Translations under genes and position numbers: made by a program | Notes under the pieces: model-generated | What the model saw: the letters and a program-made list of their open reading frames with translations, nothing else | Told to the model about the DNA's origin: nothing | Database searches by the model: none | DNA from: the human T2T-CHM13v2.0 reference genome, Homo sapiens | Length of the DNA stretch: 64,000 nt | Strand: one strand, 5' to 3' | NCBI RefSeq assembly: GCF_009914755.1 | Contig: NC_060935.1 | In this document: positions 1 through 15,253 of the stretch, piece by piece | How positions within the stretch are numbered: the stretch's first letter is position 1 | Layout of the letters: each line of letters opens with the position of its first letter

Positions 1-166
1 GGAATTATTGTCCTCCTGCTTCCTATCTTCCCTCCCATGTTTTTGGATTTTACTGTGCTTTCTCACACCTGTATTATATTTCAATTATTGATTACTCTAG
101 ACTTTTTTTTTTTTATCATTTCTAAAGTAGTTTAGGCATATGAATTCTCACAGTAGGTTTTAGGGG

Positions 167-167
<1 letters not shown>

Positions 168-220
<53 letters not shown>

Positions 221-241
221 CACACACACACACACACATAT
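168..241. repeat. (TA)n(CA)n compound microsatellite
   Basis: direct inspection. Confidence 0.95.
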
Positions 242-777
242 TTGTGTTTTTTGCATGTGCATAATTAGAGTGAGGAAATGAAAAAGGGAATACATATATA
301 TTAAGACCCAAGGAATAATACTTGAATAACTGAACTCTGGGTGGCCTCTTTGAAGTTTGGAGGCATAATTTTAACTAAAAAGTGGCAGAAAAGATTTCAC
401 TTACACTGAAATAAATGATGATAACGTTATATTTTGTCATTAAAAGTGTTAATAAGGTTTTTAAAGTAGTAAGTTTTATTATTAGTCTTGTTATGGGTAA
501 ATAGCACCTAGCCCTTAATGCATACTGGATAATCATGCCGCAGGTCCCTAGTCCTTTCACATTTGCAGTTCCCTTAGACGACTGCCTCATGCTTTTTCCC
601 TCCTAAAACCTCCATCACTTCCTTTCCTAGTCCTTTCTCAGCTGATAACCTTGACCTTATTGTTTCTCTGAGAAATTTAAAGTATATAGAAGAGAACTTC
701 TACCAGATGTATCATCTGCCCTCATTATACCATACCATGTACTCTACTCTTTCTCCTGATGCTATGGAGTGACTGTC

Positions 778-1075
778 TTTTTTTTTTTTTTTTTTGAGAC
801 AGAGTCTTGCTCTGTTGCCCAGGCTGGAGCACAGTGGCACGATTGCACCTCACTGGAAGCTCTGCCTCCTGGGCTCAAGTGATCCTCCTGCCTCAGCCTC
901 CCAAGTAGCTGGGACTACAGGTGTACACCATCATGCCTGGCTAATTTTTGTATTTTGTAGAGCCGGGGTTTCGCCATGTTGCCCAGGCTGGTCTTGAACT
1001 CCTAGGCTCAAGCAATCTGCCTGCTTCATCCTCTCAAAGTGCTGCGATTACAGGCATGAGCCACCGCACCTGGCC
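778..1075 (-). mobile_element. Alu (AluJ-like)
   Basis: full antisense Alu with poly-T. Confidence 0.95.
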
Positions 1076-1466
1076 TTGATTGTCCATCTTTTATCCAAGG
1101 CCAGCTCTGCTCCAGTTTACAGTGTATTTCCTTATACCTACTCAAAGATCTTACTCTAACAATTATCCTCCCTTCTCCTGCATCATCGGTTTTATATTTT
1201 CTACAGATAATCATTCACATTAGTCTGCAAATGTTGTTATTTTCCCTTTCTAAAAACAAACACACATTTTGGCTCTACTTCTCCCTCCAACTCCTGCCCC
1301 GTTTTCTTTGTATGCCTTTACAAAATTGTCTGTACACTTTCACATTCAATTACCTACTCAGTGACTTTCCTAACCAACCTACTTAAAATCTCAACCCTTT
1401 CACTTTGTCACTTTTTCTATTATTTTTGTCCATAGAACTTTTATTTAGTTAGTTAGTTTGTTTACA

Positions 1467-1784
1467 CAGTCAGTCTTCTGTGCCTGCAGCTTCCACGAAT
1501 TCAACTAACCATGGTTGAAAATATTCAAGGAAAAAAACAAAAGCCAATACCACAATAAAAAATGAAACAATTTTTTAAAAATATAGTATAACAACTATTT
1601 GCATAGCGTTTACATTGTATTAGGTATTATAATTAATCTAGAGATTTAAAGTATACAGCAAGATGTGCATAGGTTATATGCAAATACAGTGCCATTTTGT
1701 ACAACGGACTTGAGAGTTCGCTGATTTTAGTATCCATGGGGGTTCCTAGAACCGGTACCCCATGTGGATATCAAGGGATGACTA
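1467..1784 (-). mobile_element. MER2 (TcMar-Tigger MITE)
   Basis: cagtc... and ...gggatgactata termini; ataggttatatgcaaata core. Confidence 0.8.
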
Positions 1785-3177
1785 TATTCCTACTCTCCTA
1801 CCCTGAATATAAGTTTTATTAGGCCAGATATTTTTATTCTGTTTGTTCACTGCTGTGTCCCTAACACTGAACAGTTCCTGGGACATAGCGGGGTCACTTA
1901 AGTATGTGTTAAGTGAATTAGTGTTCTGATCCTACTCCCATTGTTTAAAATATTGTGTTATTTTTATTAAAATAATTTACTTTCCTAAAAAAATGACAAT
2001 ATATTGAAGCATGTTTGAATTTTGCATTTCTTAAGAGGGCACCAAGCTAAGTCAAAACTTTACATTTTGCTACACATGATCTATATATCAATATTAAAGT
2101 ATAAGAAGAATCCTTACACTTTGATTAATTTGCTAATTATACTTTTATGCTACAGCTCACATTTATTTCATATATACACCATCATACAGAAATGAGCTTT
2201 TATTACTTTTTTGCACTTGAGCTAGAAATGCTTTTAAGAAAGTTGATTTGAGCTACTGCCTGTCAAAGAGAAAGTTTTAAAATCCATTTTACTTTTCTTC
2301 AAATGAATATAAAGAGATCTTACAATTTTTAGCGGTGACTTATTTTCAAATTTAAAACTTCAGATCTTATAGGATGTGTTTAAATTCTGAAATTGTATGA
2401 CTTAAATAGGTATACAATACAAAATAAGCAGGAAGAGGTTAAGATATTTTCTCTTAATGCAAAATAATAAAGTATTCCCCTCCATTAGTTTGGGGGTGGG
2501 GGAAAACAACAGACTGGTAATTATTATGCAAATATTATGGGGAAAATCCTAGCTAGGAATAAGTAAATTCTAAGATAGTCACCTTATTTGGTTCAGTAGC
2601 AAGAACTGTAGATGGTTGCTGGAGATTTAAAACTCCAAAAACTCAACATTGACATTCAATATTTTCTCACTGGGAGTGTGACATTGTGAGGGCTCTTAAA
2701 CTTTACATAGGAAAACGATTAGGAATATTATTGGTCTTCAGAATGAGCATCTCAAATATAGGAAAGAAAAATCATGGCTATATGTGAGTACATTTTTCAT
2801 ATGATAATATACACATAATTTAGGTTTTACCTATATTGATCTAAATGACATATAACTGATTATATTGACCAATGATTCTAGGAAGCCAAAGCCAAAGCCA
2901 GTATATTCATTAAGTGTGTCACAGAAGCATTCAGTCATCTAGCTAAACGACTGTAGACTTTTCCTTTATAGCATGATCCTCGGGAAAAGGGCTCATTTTC
3001 AAGTTTAAACGATAGAATGTTCTGGAGTTGTGAAATGTGAATGAATAAATGAGCTTGTACTTGATTGTGCTTGTAGAGTGGGTATCCAAGTTGTATCCCC
3101 TTACTTTACAGAAGTACTTATGTACATCTTCAAATATCTTTAGCGTTGTTACACCTTTTGTTTGCATTTCATTTTAG

Positions 3178-3220
3178 CACCTGAAAGTTTCTGTTCCTGA
3201 TGAAATGTCTGCAGATCTAG
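3178..3220 (+). CDS. ARHGEF12: coding exon (~16), RH/RGS-like domain, HLKVSVPDEMSADL
   Basis: ttttag|CAC ... CTAG|gtaagc; phase 0-1. Confidence 0.93.
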
Positions 3221-3314
3221 GTAAGCTTGGAGCACTAACATCCTGGAGAATTACATCTTAATAGATATGTAGCTCAGCTCATCTGTTCAGGTTTTATCTG
3301 TCACATGGTGACTA

Positions 3315-4003
<689 letters not shown>

Positions 4004-4155
4004 TCAGAATTCTGGGATGAAATATACGAACTGCCCTGAAGAACTTCCCTCTGGCATATTCTAAGTTAATTTGTACGAAGTAGCATTGCTATGTTGCCAA
4101 TTGTATGTTGCCCAGAACATACCTTTAGATAACATAATTCCTTTCATTTATGAAG

Positions 4156-4261
4156 AAAAGAGAAGACCTGAGCTCATTCCTGAGGATCTGCATCGCCACT
4201 ATATCCAAACTATGCAAGAAAGAGTCCATCCAGAAGTTCAAAGGCACTTAGAAGATTTTCG
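4156..4261 (+). CDS. ARHGEF12: coding exon (~17), RH domain, EKRRPELIPEDLHRHY...EDFR
   Basis: tgaag|AAAAG ... TTTCG|gtaagc; ORF 4071-4265 overlaps. Confidence 0.95.
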
Positions 4262-4700
4262 GTAAGCTTAGTGGTAGATAGAATTTCATATGATTATTCT
4301 AAATTAATTTTTTTAGTTAAGAAAAAGTTGCTCATTAAATACTTAGCTTAGCACTAGATAAACCATATGGTCTTATTGTTATTAAAACATAATGAACATC
4401 TGGAGCCAAAGGGTTAGAGTGGAACTGAGAGTCCAGACTCTCCATTCCAGGCACTTGCAGGATCTGAGCTCAGTGCTGTGTCTATGCTAAGTGTGTTCCT
4501 TTAAGATATTGTATGTGTTCTTGGAGTCATTGCTTCTAGAATTTTTTCCTCTGGTATCCTAGATGACATGGACCCATAAGTGGAAAAGTGACATTTTTCC
4601 TGTTCCTAGAAACCATAGCTGTGAAGACTGTGATGAAGCGTCCCCAGAATGAGGTAGTTTTTCTTTAGGCTACCTCAGGAAACTTCTCTATTCCCTTCAG

Positions 4701-4838
4701 GCAGAAACGTAGTATGGGACTGACCTTGGCTGAAAGCGAGCTGACTAAACTTGATGCAGAGCGAGACAAGGACCGATTGACTTTGGAGAAGGAGCGGACA
4801 TGTGCAGAACAGATTGTTGCCAAAATTGAAGAAGTATT
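4701..4838 (+). CDS. ARHGEF12: coding exon (~18), RH domain, QKRSMGLTLAESE...IEEVL
   Basis: ttcag|GCAG ... GTATT|gtaagt; phase 2-2. Confidence 0.95.
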
Positions 4839-5289
4839 GTAAGTAATAGAAGTATATGTGGAAATGCCCTCTCTGCTGAGATACTAGTTATGCTTGAAGT
4901 GTCCTTTGGGTAGGTTTAGAAAAACTGTCAGATTGTGTATGTGGAGCCGTTTATTTTGTCATAGTACTTGAGAAACTGGATTTTTTTTTTCTTTTTTCTG
5001 ATACTTTTAGATAAATTTCTTGTGTTCCTTTTTCTGGGTGGTGGTAAATGGGTAACTCTAAAACTTCTAATCAGTGATCAAAAACAGGTTGATTACTTTC
5101 ATTATTTTCAATTTATAGGCCTTGGAAATATTTCTTGCCATGAAGCATATACAGTTGGTGACATGAGGGTGAAACAGATAAGGTTCTTTAGGGGATCAGG
5201 GTTCTTTTGGTATTTTATTCTAGGGTGTGGCCCAAAGCATTTGGCTCTGTTCTGTTATTTCAGGTATCTGAGTTAATAACAATTTTTAA

Positions 5290-5575
5290 GGCCAGGCATG
5301 GTGGCGCACTCCTGTAATCCCAGCACTTTGGGAGGCCGAGCGGGCGGATTACGTAAGGCCAAGAGTTCGAGACCAAGCTGGCCAACATGGTGAAACCCCA
5401 TCTCTACTAAAAACCCCAAAATTAGCCAGGCATGGTGGCACTCCTGTAATCCCAGCTACTCAGAAGGCTGAGGCACGAGAATCACTTGCGCCCAGGAGGC
5501 GGAGGTTGCAGTGAGCCAGGATCATGCCATTGCACTCCAGCCTGGGTGGCAGAGTGAGACTCTGTCTCAAAAAAA
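5290..5575 (+). mobile_element. AluS
   Basis: full Alu ending ~50 nt before exon 19 acceptor. Confidence 0.95.
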
Positions 5576-5626
5576 TTAATTAAACTTCCATATTTCATTT
5601 TTAAATTTTTTTTTCTTTTTTTTAAG

Positions 5627-5659
5627 GATGACTGCTCAGGCTGTAGAGGAAGATAAGAG
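5627..5659 (+). CDS. ARHGEF12: 33-nt coding exon (~19), [10 protein letters not shown]
   Basis: poly-T tract taag|GATG ... AAGAG|gtaaca; phase 2-2. Confidence 0.92.
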
Positions 5660-5986
5660 GTAACATAACTGTTTTTTTTCCCCTAGAATTTTAAGAAAAA
5701 AAGAACTATGTTTTTTTCCTTTCAGTCCTAAATTACAATTTATTTCTTTTAACTTACAAATACAGTTTGTGGTCTCTCTCTGGTGGCTTGTATGTTATTT
5801 GACTAATATTCTACTGTTGTCCTGAGTAGAATTCTCTTCTCTGTGCAATGACTAGTTAGTTCTTTAGTGTTTGTTTGATTTATTTCAATAATTCCAACCT
5901 TGGGGTTTTGGAAATCATTTGATGTCTTTATTCTACCAACCCTCCCTTCTCAGAAGTCTTAATTTACTTCGTCCTTTCTCCTCCAG

Positions 5987-6101
5987 CTCCACCATGCAGT
6001 ATGTTATTCTCATGTATATGAAGCATTTGGGAGTAAAAGTGAAAGAGCCTCGAAATTTGGAGCACAAACGGGGTCGGATTGGATTTCTTCCCAAAATCAA
6101 G
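5987..6101 (+). CDS. ARHGEF12: coding exon (~20), STMQYVILMYMKHLGV...PKIK
   Basis: ctccag|CTCC ... ATCAAG|gtaaga. Confidence 0.95.
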
Positions 6102-6861
6102 GTAAGAATGAAATAATGTAATAGCATGTTCAGGCCTTAGGGCTTCTTTACATTTGGTTGCAGTGTCTTCCATCATCTTAGTATTTACTTAATCAGCAAA
6201 TTAATGCTAGTCATACAAACATTTATAAGATACTGTCTCTGTTCTCAAGAAACTCAAAATACAGTGAGAAATCCAGACATATAAACTATTATTAGACAAT
6301 GTGAAAAGTGAAATTAGCAGTTTACAAAGAGTGCTATTTCTGATTCTGTTCATGCCTTATACTTTCCTTTTACTTTGCCTAAACTAAATACCCCCTGTGT
6401 TGCTACATAATCGTCATGAACATCTTTAGTGGCAGTAGAGTATTCTGTCAGTTTGTAATTATTTGTGTTTTTGTTTAGTGTTTACTAGATTGTAAAGCTG
6501 TATGAGTACAAGGACCTTCTTTATTATTGTATTTTCAACTGTTAGCAAAATGCTTAGTAAATATTTGTTGAATGGATGAATGAATTGTTTAGAATAAGTT
6601 CCTGGTAAATGTGCTATAAAACTACCCTTTGATTTTCCAAAGCTGTCAGTGATAAAGAGTTTGAAGAAAACATCTTGAGTTTGAGGTGTACACGGTACTG
6701 TGTGCGAACTTTTAATTAGTGCTCTGTGTGCATACACACGTGTACGGGTTTTCATTTACACTTAACAATTTCTTTGAACTAACCATTAGCATTACACTAT
6801 GAAAATCGCAAAAGAAATTTACTCTGTTACGTATCTCTTATTTTTTGTACTTCAACTCTAG

Positions 6862-6967
6862 CAAAGTATGAAGAAAGATAAAGAAGGGGAAGAAAAAGGG
6901 AAGCGAAGAGGATTCCCCAGCATCCTGGGACCCCCACGGAGACCAAGCCGTCATGACAACAGTGCAA
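6862..6967 (+). CDS. ARHGEF12: coding exon (~21), QSMKKDKEGEEKGKRRGFP...DNSA
   Basis: ctctag|CAA ... GCAA|gtatgt. Confidence 0.95.
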
Positions 6968-7171
6968 GTATGTTGAAGTTTGAAGTGCTGCATTTTCAGT
7001 ACTCCAGGCCCTCTTCACATCAGAGGCTTCTTCAGCTAGAATGAATTTCTGGAGAAAGGAGTTGTTAGGATGATTTTACTGAATTCCCAATATGCCTTGT
7101 TTCCATTCAGCGTTATTTCTGAACTAAGTACCCCCTATGTTGCTACATAATTGTCATAAACATCTTTCGTG

Positions 7172-7537
<366 letters not shown>

Positions 7538-7842
7538 TTACTTACCTCTTCTGATTCTGTTTCCATTCAACTTGTGTTTGTTAAATTAAAAAAAAAAAGT
7601 GTGTATAGATCTCTCCACCACACTGAACGTCTCTTTATACATATTTACTTAGTCTCCATATTTCTAAAATTTCTCCACCTCTCCATTGTACTTTATTTTC
7701 TGATTTCCCTTTCACCCCAGGCCCAATAAAGAGAGATAAGCTCACTTGAGATGGCTGCAGGAGAAATAGGGATGGTGGTACCATGGGGAGGGGTCATGTG
7801 ATGGTTCTTATCTCAGGCAGTAGCACATTTGAAAATACTGAA

Positions 7843-8147
7843 GCCAGGTGCGGTGACTCTTGATTGTAATTCCAGCACTTTGCAAGGCCAAGGCGGGAGG
7901 ATCACTTGAGCCTGGGAGTTCGAGACCAGCCTGAGCTACATAGTGAGACCCTGCCTCTACAACAAGAACAGCCAAAATAAGCTGTGTATCATGGTGCATG
8001 TGTGTAGTCTGAGCTACCTGGGAGGCTGAGGTAGTATTGCTTTAGTCTGGGGAGTCCAGGCTGCTGTGAGCCATCATCTCGCCACTAAACTCCAGCCTGG
8101 GTGACAGAGTGAAACACTGTCTCAAAAAAAAAAAAAAAAAAAAAAAA
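7843..8147 (+). mobile_element. AluJ
   Basis: diverged Alu with A-tail. Confidence 0.92.
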
Positions 8148-8609
8148 GATATTGGCATGGTAGAGTGGTGGGAGTAGGATTGTGATAGTGAGTGTCCCCC
8201 ACAATGACGAGTTCTCCCTCAAATGCCATGAGTGCCTCTTGTTGAGAAACATTGAGAAGGTGTGAAATTTTTAGAGGAAGTTAAAGAGATGGAGGATTTC
8301 ACAGATGCTAACCGTGAGTTCCAAGGTATACAAAAGAAGAATTTGAGGAATTAAGAGATTAGGGTATAAAAAGTTGTGTGAGGGTGTAGGATGCTTTGGA
8401 TATTGAACACCTGAGTGGGAGTCTTTGGCTTCTTGTGGTGACTTTGTGAACAAGGATAATTAGCAGGATGGGGATTGGTCTGGATGGTCTTTGAGGTACA
8501 TTATGATGATGAAGGTGTGAGTGTTGGGGGAGAACTGGGGTGGGAGCTTACTAAGAACTCACAAAAATAAAGACTTCATCTTCATTCTTACAAATGAACA
8601 CAGCTCCAT

Positions 8610-9230
<621 letters not shown>

Positions 9231-9265
9231 GCAATACAGATTATTAACCATCATTTTCTGATCAG

Positions 9266-9478
9266 TTGGCAGAGCCATGGAACTACAGAAGGCGCGCCAC
9301 CCTAAGCACTTATCCACACCCTCATCTGTGAGTCCTGAACCTCAGGACTCTGCCAAGTTGCGCCAGAGTGGGTTAGCAAATGAAGGAACAGACGCTGGAT
9401 ACCTGCCTGCCAATTCCATGTCTTCTGTAGCTTCAGGGGCCTCTTTTTCCCAGGAAGGAGGGAAAGAGAATGATACAG
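9266..9478 (+). CDS. ARHGEF12: coding exon (~22), IGRAMELQKARHPK...ENDT
   Basis: gatcag|TTGGC ... ACAG|gtgagc; ORF 9277-9495. Confidence 0.95.
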
Positions 9479-9659
9479 GTGAGCTATTACTGTAGTTCAG
9501 CTTAACTAAGCATCAAGATTTTAAAACAAACACACTAACTGAAAAATAGAGTGGCAAGTTAATCAAGACTAAATCCCAGTTTAATTTAATTTTGACATTT
9601 TAATATGCTACAACCAATAAGAAATCTATGCCGAATGATAACTTAAGTTCTCATTTGTC

Positions 9660-10460
9660 CAAAAAAATATTTATTAAGCTCTCTGTCAGGCATTAGCTTT
9701 GTCCCGGATGTTAACATGCAATAATTATACACAGATGCTTGCCTCATGCAGCTTTCTCTCTTGAGAGCGATAGTCACAAATGTAAAAAATGCAAATTGTG
9801 CCAAGTCCAATCAAGGGAAGGTAAAGGGAGTATTGAGGGAACTGGTCAGTAGTTAGAGGCAGATGTGGGTATCTAAAGAAGACTTTTTAAAAATCTGAGA
9901 TTAACTAGAGGTTTTATTTTTCAATGTTAATAGGAAGCCAGCTGAAAGAAAGGGTAGAATATGTGGGAGACAGTATATAAGTAGTAGAACAGAGTTGTGA
10001 GGAGAGAGGAGATGAGATGTAGAGTGTATGTAAAGGGTAAGACTATTTACTGAGAGTGAGAGTTCAGTGAGAAGAGCAAGGGAATTTGAAGAGTAAAGAA
10101 AGATATGAAGCAATCGTAGGTAATTGGGCAAGGAGCTTATTACCATGTCTTCATCCTTGTTTGGGAGGCGGTTCAATTTCTGGTGGTGACATGATCAAGA
10201 ATGAGGCTCTGGGAGTGGTCCCTGAGGTGCCATAGAGGAGGCTACTAGGGATGAAGACAGCAAGGAACCAAGAAGCCAGGAGTTTGAATAGCTTAATATT
10301 CATGGCTAGTGACGTCACCAAGTGTGATTTTTATCATGGAGAGGAAAACTGTGAGCCACCAGCCAAAGGTTTAGCATTGCTAGATGATTGATATGAGGAG
10401 GAAGAGAATGTGATAATATCCAGAGCATGAGAGCCTCAGTGGAGCAAGAGATTATACAGG
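9660..10460 (-). mobile_element. degraded L2
   Basis: atttattaagctct...tcaggc L2 3'-end-like; purine-rich body. Confidence 0.5.
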
Positions 10461-10467
10461 AAGACAA

Positions 10468-10781
10468 GGTCGGGTGCAGTGGCTCATGCCTGTAATCCCA
10501 GCACTTTGGGAGGCTGAGGCGGGTGGATCACCTGAGATCAGGAGTTGGAGAGCAGCCTGGCCAACATGGTGAAACCCGGTCTCTACTAAAAATACAAAAA
10601 TTGGCCAGGCATGGTGACATGCACCCGTAATCCCAGGTCCTCGGGAGGCTGAGGCAGGAGAATTGCTTGAATCCAGGAGGTGGGTGGAGGTTGCAGTGAG
10701 CCAAGATCGTGCCAATGCACTCCAGCCTGGGCAACAGAGTGAGACTCCATCTCAAAAAACAAAAACAAAAAAAAAAAAAAA
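10468..10781 (+). mobile_element. AluS
   Basis: full Alu. Confidence 0.95.
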
Positions 10782-11191
10782 CGACAAGATAATGGTCCAA
10801 AAATCATATTGAGGAACAAGAAGGCCATTCATCTCATCTCCACCCTGACATACACCATATAAGACAGAAATATTAGTTTCTGTCTCAGAGGGCTGTAGCA
10901 GAAGAGGTAAGCTGCTGGGAATAGGCAGGTTTCTACATAAGGCCAAGAAGTACAAGTGACATTTGGAGAAAATTCTGGGGATTTTGTCAAATATGGAACT
11001 CTGAAGATGTTAGATTGGGTATATGCACTGATATTTCATGGCTCCTGTGACTTATTAAAATAAAAACATGGTAGGTGGCGGATGAACAGAAACCATAAAG
11101 AGAAAGAAAGTAGAGGAAGGGAATGTGTTATCAGGAAATAAGAGATTTTAACAAATACTTGGGAGATTGAAAGCAGACAAGAGTGTAAAGA

Positions 11192-11485
11192 AGCCAGGCA
11201 TGGTGGCTTACTCCTGTAATCCCAGAACTTTGGGAGGCTGAGGCAGGAGGATTGCTTGAGCCTAGAAATTCAGGACCAGCCAGGGCAACATGAAAAGACT
11301 GTCTCTACAAAAAATGAAGAAGTCAGCCAGTCATATGGCATGTGCCTGTAGTCCTAGCTAATCAAGAGGCTGAGGTGGGATGATCACTTGATCCTAGGAA
11401 GACAAGGCTGCAGTGAGCCATGTTCTTGCCACCGTTAATGCAGCCTGGATGACAGAATGAGACCCTATCTCAAGAAAAACAACAA
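11192..11485 (+). mobile_element. AluJ
   Basis: diverged Alu. Confidence 0.9.
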
Positions 11486-11899
11486 CAGAGAACCACAAGA
11501 TAAAACCATAAAGGAAGCCAGAGCCCACAATTTGTTTAAACAGTCCAAGATAGAACCCAGTCTGCTCATTGGAACCCTGGAGAGACTTTGGGCTCAGAGT
11601 TAGCATATGTTATGCAGTGCAGGAATAAGAAAAAGAGCAAAAATGATGAACTAATTGCAGGTCTATAATCAAAATAGTTATATCAGCAGCTTCTAATCCC
11701 TGAATTACAGAGTATGAGCAGTCTCTGTCACTTGTAGACTAGAAGAAAAAAACAGTGCTCTTTTTTAAAATAATTCAGTGAATTGTGTAGGGAGAGTTAA
11801 GTCCCTCCGCAGTATTGATCGCTTGGAGTTCTGACATTTGGGAGTCCAAAGCCTGACACTAGGCATGCCGGCAACCCACTGTGCTCAGAGAGCTCTCAA

Positions 11900-14420
11900 C
11901 TGAAACAGACCTATTACTATATAGCAGCAAAAGAAAGCCAAGTCAGCTACTCACTTTCATCATTAAACACGAACATCATTACTCACCCTTGTCAGAGTCA
12001 AGACGTAAGATAATATATAATGCCAAACATATCAGACAATGACATAAAGAGAGAATACAGTTAAACAGAAGAATTTTCCCTACAAGAGAAAGATAATCTG
12101 ATAATAGACAAGAACTTAAGAAAATACTTCTAAATTAGGTAGTATACTTGGGGACATTAAAGAAGTTATTATCTCTATAAAGCAAGAATAGGGAGCATTC
12201 AGAGACAAAATATTTTTAATACAACTATTAAACACAGTGACATCTGTTGTATTATCAATTTCTGTGTGATAAATTACCCCAAAACATAATGGCTTAACAC
12301 AAAAAAAATTTATCTCGACTTTTTGGTGGATGAAGGACTCCAGAGCAGCTTAGCTGCGTGGGTCTCGGTTGGAGTCTGTCATAAAGTTGCAGTCAAGATA
12401 TTAGCCAGTCATCAGAAAGCTTAACTGGGGCTGGGGAACCCATTTCTGTGCCCACTCAGGTGGCTGTTGGCAGGAGGCCTTAGCTCCTCACTCATGGCCT
12501 TGGCTCCTTGCCACATGGACTTTTCCATAGAGATACTTGAGTGTTCCATGAAATGGTAGCTGGCTTTTCCCGAGTATCCCAAAAAAGAGAGCGAAAAGGA
12601 AGCCCCAATGTCTTTTCTGACTTAGTCTCTATAGGTGCACTCTGTCACTTCTGCAAGTTAGAAACAAGTCACTAAATCTAGCCCATACTCAGGGAGGGAG
12701 GAATTAGGCTCCACCCCTGAGGGGAGAAATATCAAAAAATGTGTGGGTATATTTTCAGACCACCACAGCGATCAGAGTTTAAAGGAAAAAAAAGAAGTCC
12801 CTAAAATTAAAGTCAAGGAAATATTTTAGAGTGTACATCAGAAATATGAAAGGATAGAAATTTGAGAGAAAAGAATTATATAGGGAACCACTACAGAGAG
12901 CCAACATCTGTCTCTTTCACAAAAAGTCAGCTGAGGACATGGAGAAGAGATGGTTAAACAACAGGAGAAAGTTTCCCAGAGTTGAAAAAGAATACCCATC
13001 TTCAGGTGGAAAGGGCTCACTGAGAACCATCTATAGTGAATGCTTTTTAAAAAATCCATTCCTAACATGTCCTTTGAAACTGTAGTGCACCAGGGATAAG
13101 CTTTCAGAGGAAAAAAAATGGGGATTACACTGCATCACATTCCTCATCATAACACTGGATGCTGAAATACAAAAGAGCCATGCCTTCAACTTTCTGAAGG
13201 AAAATGGTTTTGAACTTAGAATCCTGTATCCATCCAAGCTATTCATCAAATATGAAGAATGAATAAAGACATTTTCAGATACACAAGGTCCACAGTTTAA
13301 CTGGAATGTACCTTTCCCTTTAAAATCATTTGAGGATACACATTCTAGCAACATGAGAGGAAAAATTAAGAAAGAAAATGTCCTGGGATCCAGGAAACAC
13401 TGGAAACACCCAGGAAAGTGGCAAAGGGCAATTCTAAAATGATGGTTGTGTAACAGGCCAGGAGAGCCACTGCTCCAGATTGGAACACAAGAACATCACA
13501 GATAAGAAAATGGGGATTTTAGGCAGTGGATAGTATGAAGCAGCAGAGGAAATAGTTTGAGACTTGATAGAATTATATAACTTTGACAGCAATAAAAGAA
13601 AAGCATTTAGAAATGTTAAGAAAAACAGAATTGTTCAGGAAAATAAGTCATGATTTAAACATGAAGCAAAATAAAAAGTGGCATGATCTTTAGCAATTGA
13701 TGGTGTGTAAGAAAGACTTTAATAAATGTTCTATTTGAAGTGGCCCATGGATTGCATCGTTGGACCGGTAGGAAAAAATATATAATCCTAACTAGTATAT
13801 TTCTTAATCTGGCAGGAATGATGTATATATGTATGTAGTAGACGACAGTATATATATGTCATAAGCATTCTTTCTTGGTTTTCAGACTTTTAGAATAACC
13901 CTACCAGGCAAGCATGGAGTAGTTCATTATGGCTGCAGGTTAGAATATAAATGTAAAAAATTCTTTTAATGATGCAAGTAAAAATGTAGTTGAAAGAAAT
14001 GGAAGGTAGAAGGAAGGAAATACAATTAGAGGGAGGATGTGGACACTGAATACCTAATCTGACACAGAAGAGAGTTGAGATACTAACTTTTTGATAGAAC
14101 AAAAACATAGACATGTCATTTAAATTTAGGTAGTAACTAATAACCCAGCTAGTAATAATGATAAAACTATTAAACATTGGGAAGAAATGGTAGAAAAGTG
14201 AAAGTGGAAAGTGTAAGTCAACAAAATCCTCAGAGGGGAAAGAAATAGATATTAACTAAAGATAATAAATCATGAAAAAGAGGTTATTTGTAGTTGGACC
14301 ACTGTAATAACTCACATTTGAAAACATGAAAAAGGATTGATACTGGGAGTAGAAAAGGATAAGATGGGAAAATGTTGTTCCTCATCATATACTCTTCTGC
14401 ACTGTGTGAGTCCTTGCTAT
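11900..14420 (+). mobile_element. old L1M-type LINE fragments (ORF1-like) interrupted by MLT1
   Basis: A-rich; tagaatcctgtatccatccaagctattcatcaaatatgaag is L1 ORF1-like. Confidence 0.6.
12249..12767. mobile_element. MLT1 (ERVL-MaLR) solo LTR
   Basis: tgtatt...aaattaccccaaaac...accaccaca termini. Confidence 0.75.
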
Positions 14421-14465
14421 TTCTTACGTTAATTTTTAAGAAACAGTTTTAAAAATTATTTTTCT

Positions 14466-14710
14466 GACCAGGCATGGTGGCTCACACCTATAATCCTAGC
14501 ACTTTGGGTGGCCAAGGCGAAAGGATTGCTTGAGCCCAGGAATTCAAGACTAGCCTGGGCAAAGTAGCAAAACCCTATCTCTACAAAAAAATTAAAAATG
14601 AGCCAGGTGTGTGTGGTGGCACGCAACTGTAGGCCCCGCTACTTGGAAGGCTGAGATGGAAGGATCATATGAGGCTGAGATGGGAGGATCATGTGAGCCT
14701 GAGATGCCAT
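14466..14710 (+). mobile_element. truncated AluJ with internal ~23-nt tandem duplication
   Basis: ggctgagatgg(a/g)aggatcat(a/g)tga repeated. Confidence 0.85.
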
Positions 14711-14871
14711 AATTTTGTATATTAAATTTTTAGTTCTAGTGAACCTGCAGTTGTTTAAATAAGAATGTAGCTATGGATTAGGCTGAAGCTGTTCTGGGAA
14801 CTAATTTTTTTTGGTGACCAGTGACTTTATTAAGTATTAACACTCTTCAAATGTCTGACTTTTGTCTACAG

Positions 14872-15004
14872 GATCAAAGCAAGTTGGAGAAACATCAGCA
14901 CCTGGAGACACCTTAGATGGCACACCTCGTACTCTCAATACTGTCTTTGATTTCCCACCACCTCCATTAGACCAAGTGCAGGAGGAGGAATGTGAAGTAG
15001 AAAG
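14872..15004 (+). CDS. ARHGEF12: coding exon (~23), GSKQVGETSAPG...CEVER
   Basis: ctacag|GATC ... GAAAG|gtaatt. Confidence 0.95.
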
Positions 15005-15096
15005 GTAATTCAGTGATCTCTTAGAGAAGCTTAGGGCATTACTTAAAGTTTTTAAATTATATGCTATTCCTATACTTAGTAGCATTCTAGCACTGA

Positions 15097-15222
15097 AGCC
15101 TGGCATGGTGGTATGTACCTATAATGCCAGCTACTTGGGAGGCTGAGGCAGGAGAATCAATCACTTAAACTCAGGAGTTTGAGACCAGCCTGGGCAACGT
15201 AGTGAGCCCCCACTTCAAACTG

Positions 15223-15252
<30 letters not shown>
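15097..15252 (+). mobile_element. Alu monomer (FLAM-like) with (TAAA)n tail
   Basis: single monomer. Confidence 0.8.

Positions 15253-15253
<1 letters not shown>

Larger units (their letters stand above)
560..1925 (+). mobile_element. degraded L2 LINE interrupted by an Alu and a MER2
   Basis: pyrimidine-rich L2-like body; 3' end tttgttcactgctgtgtccctaacac...tgaatt. Confidence 0.6.
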
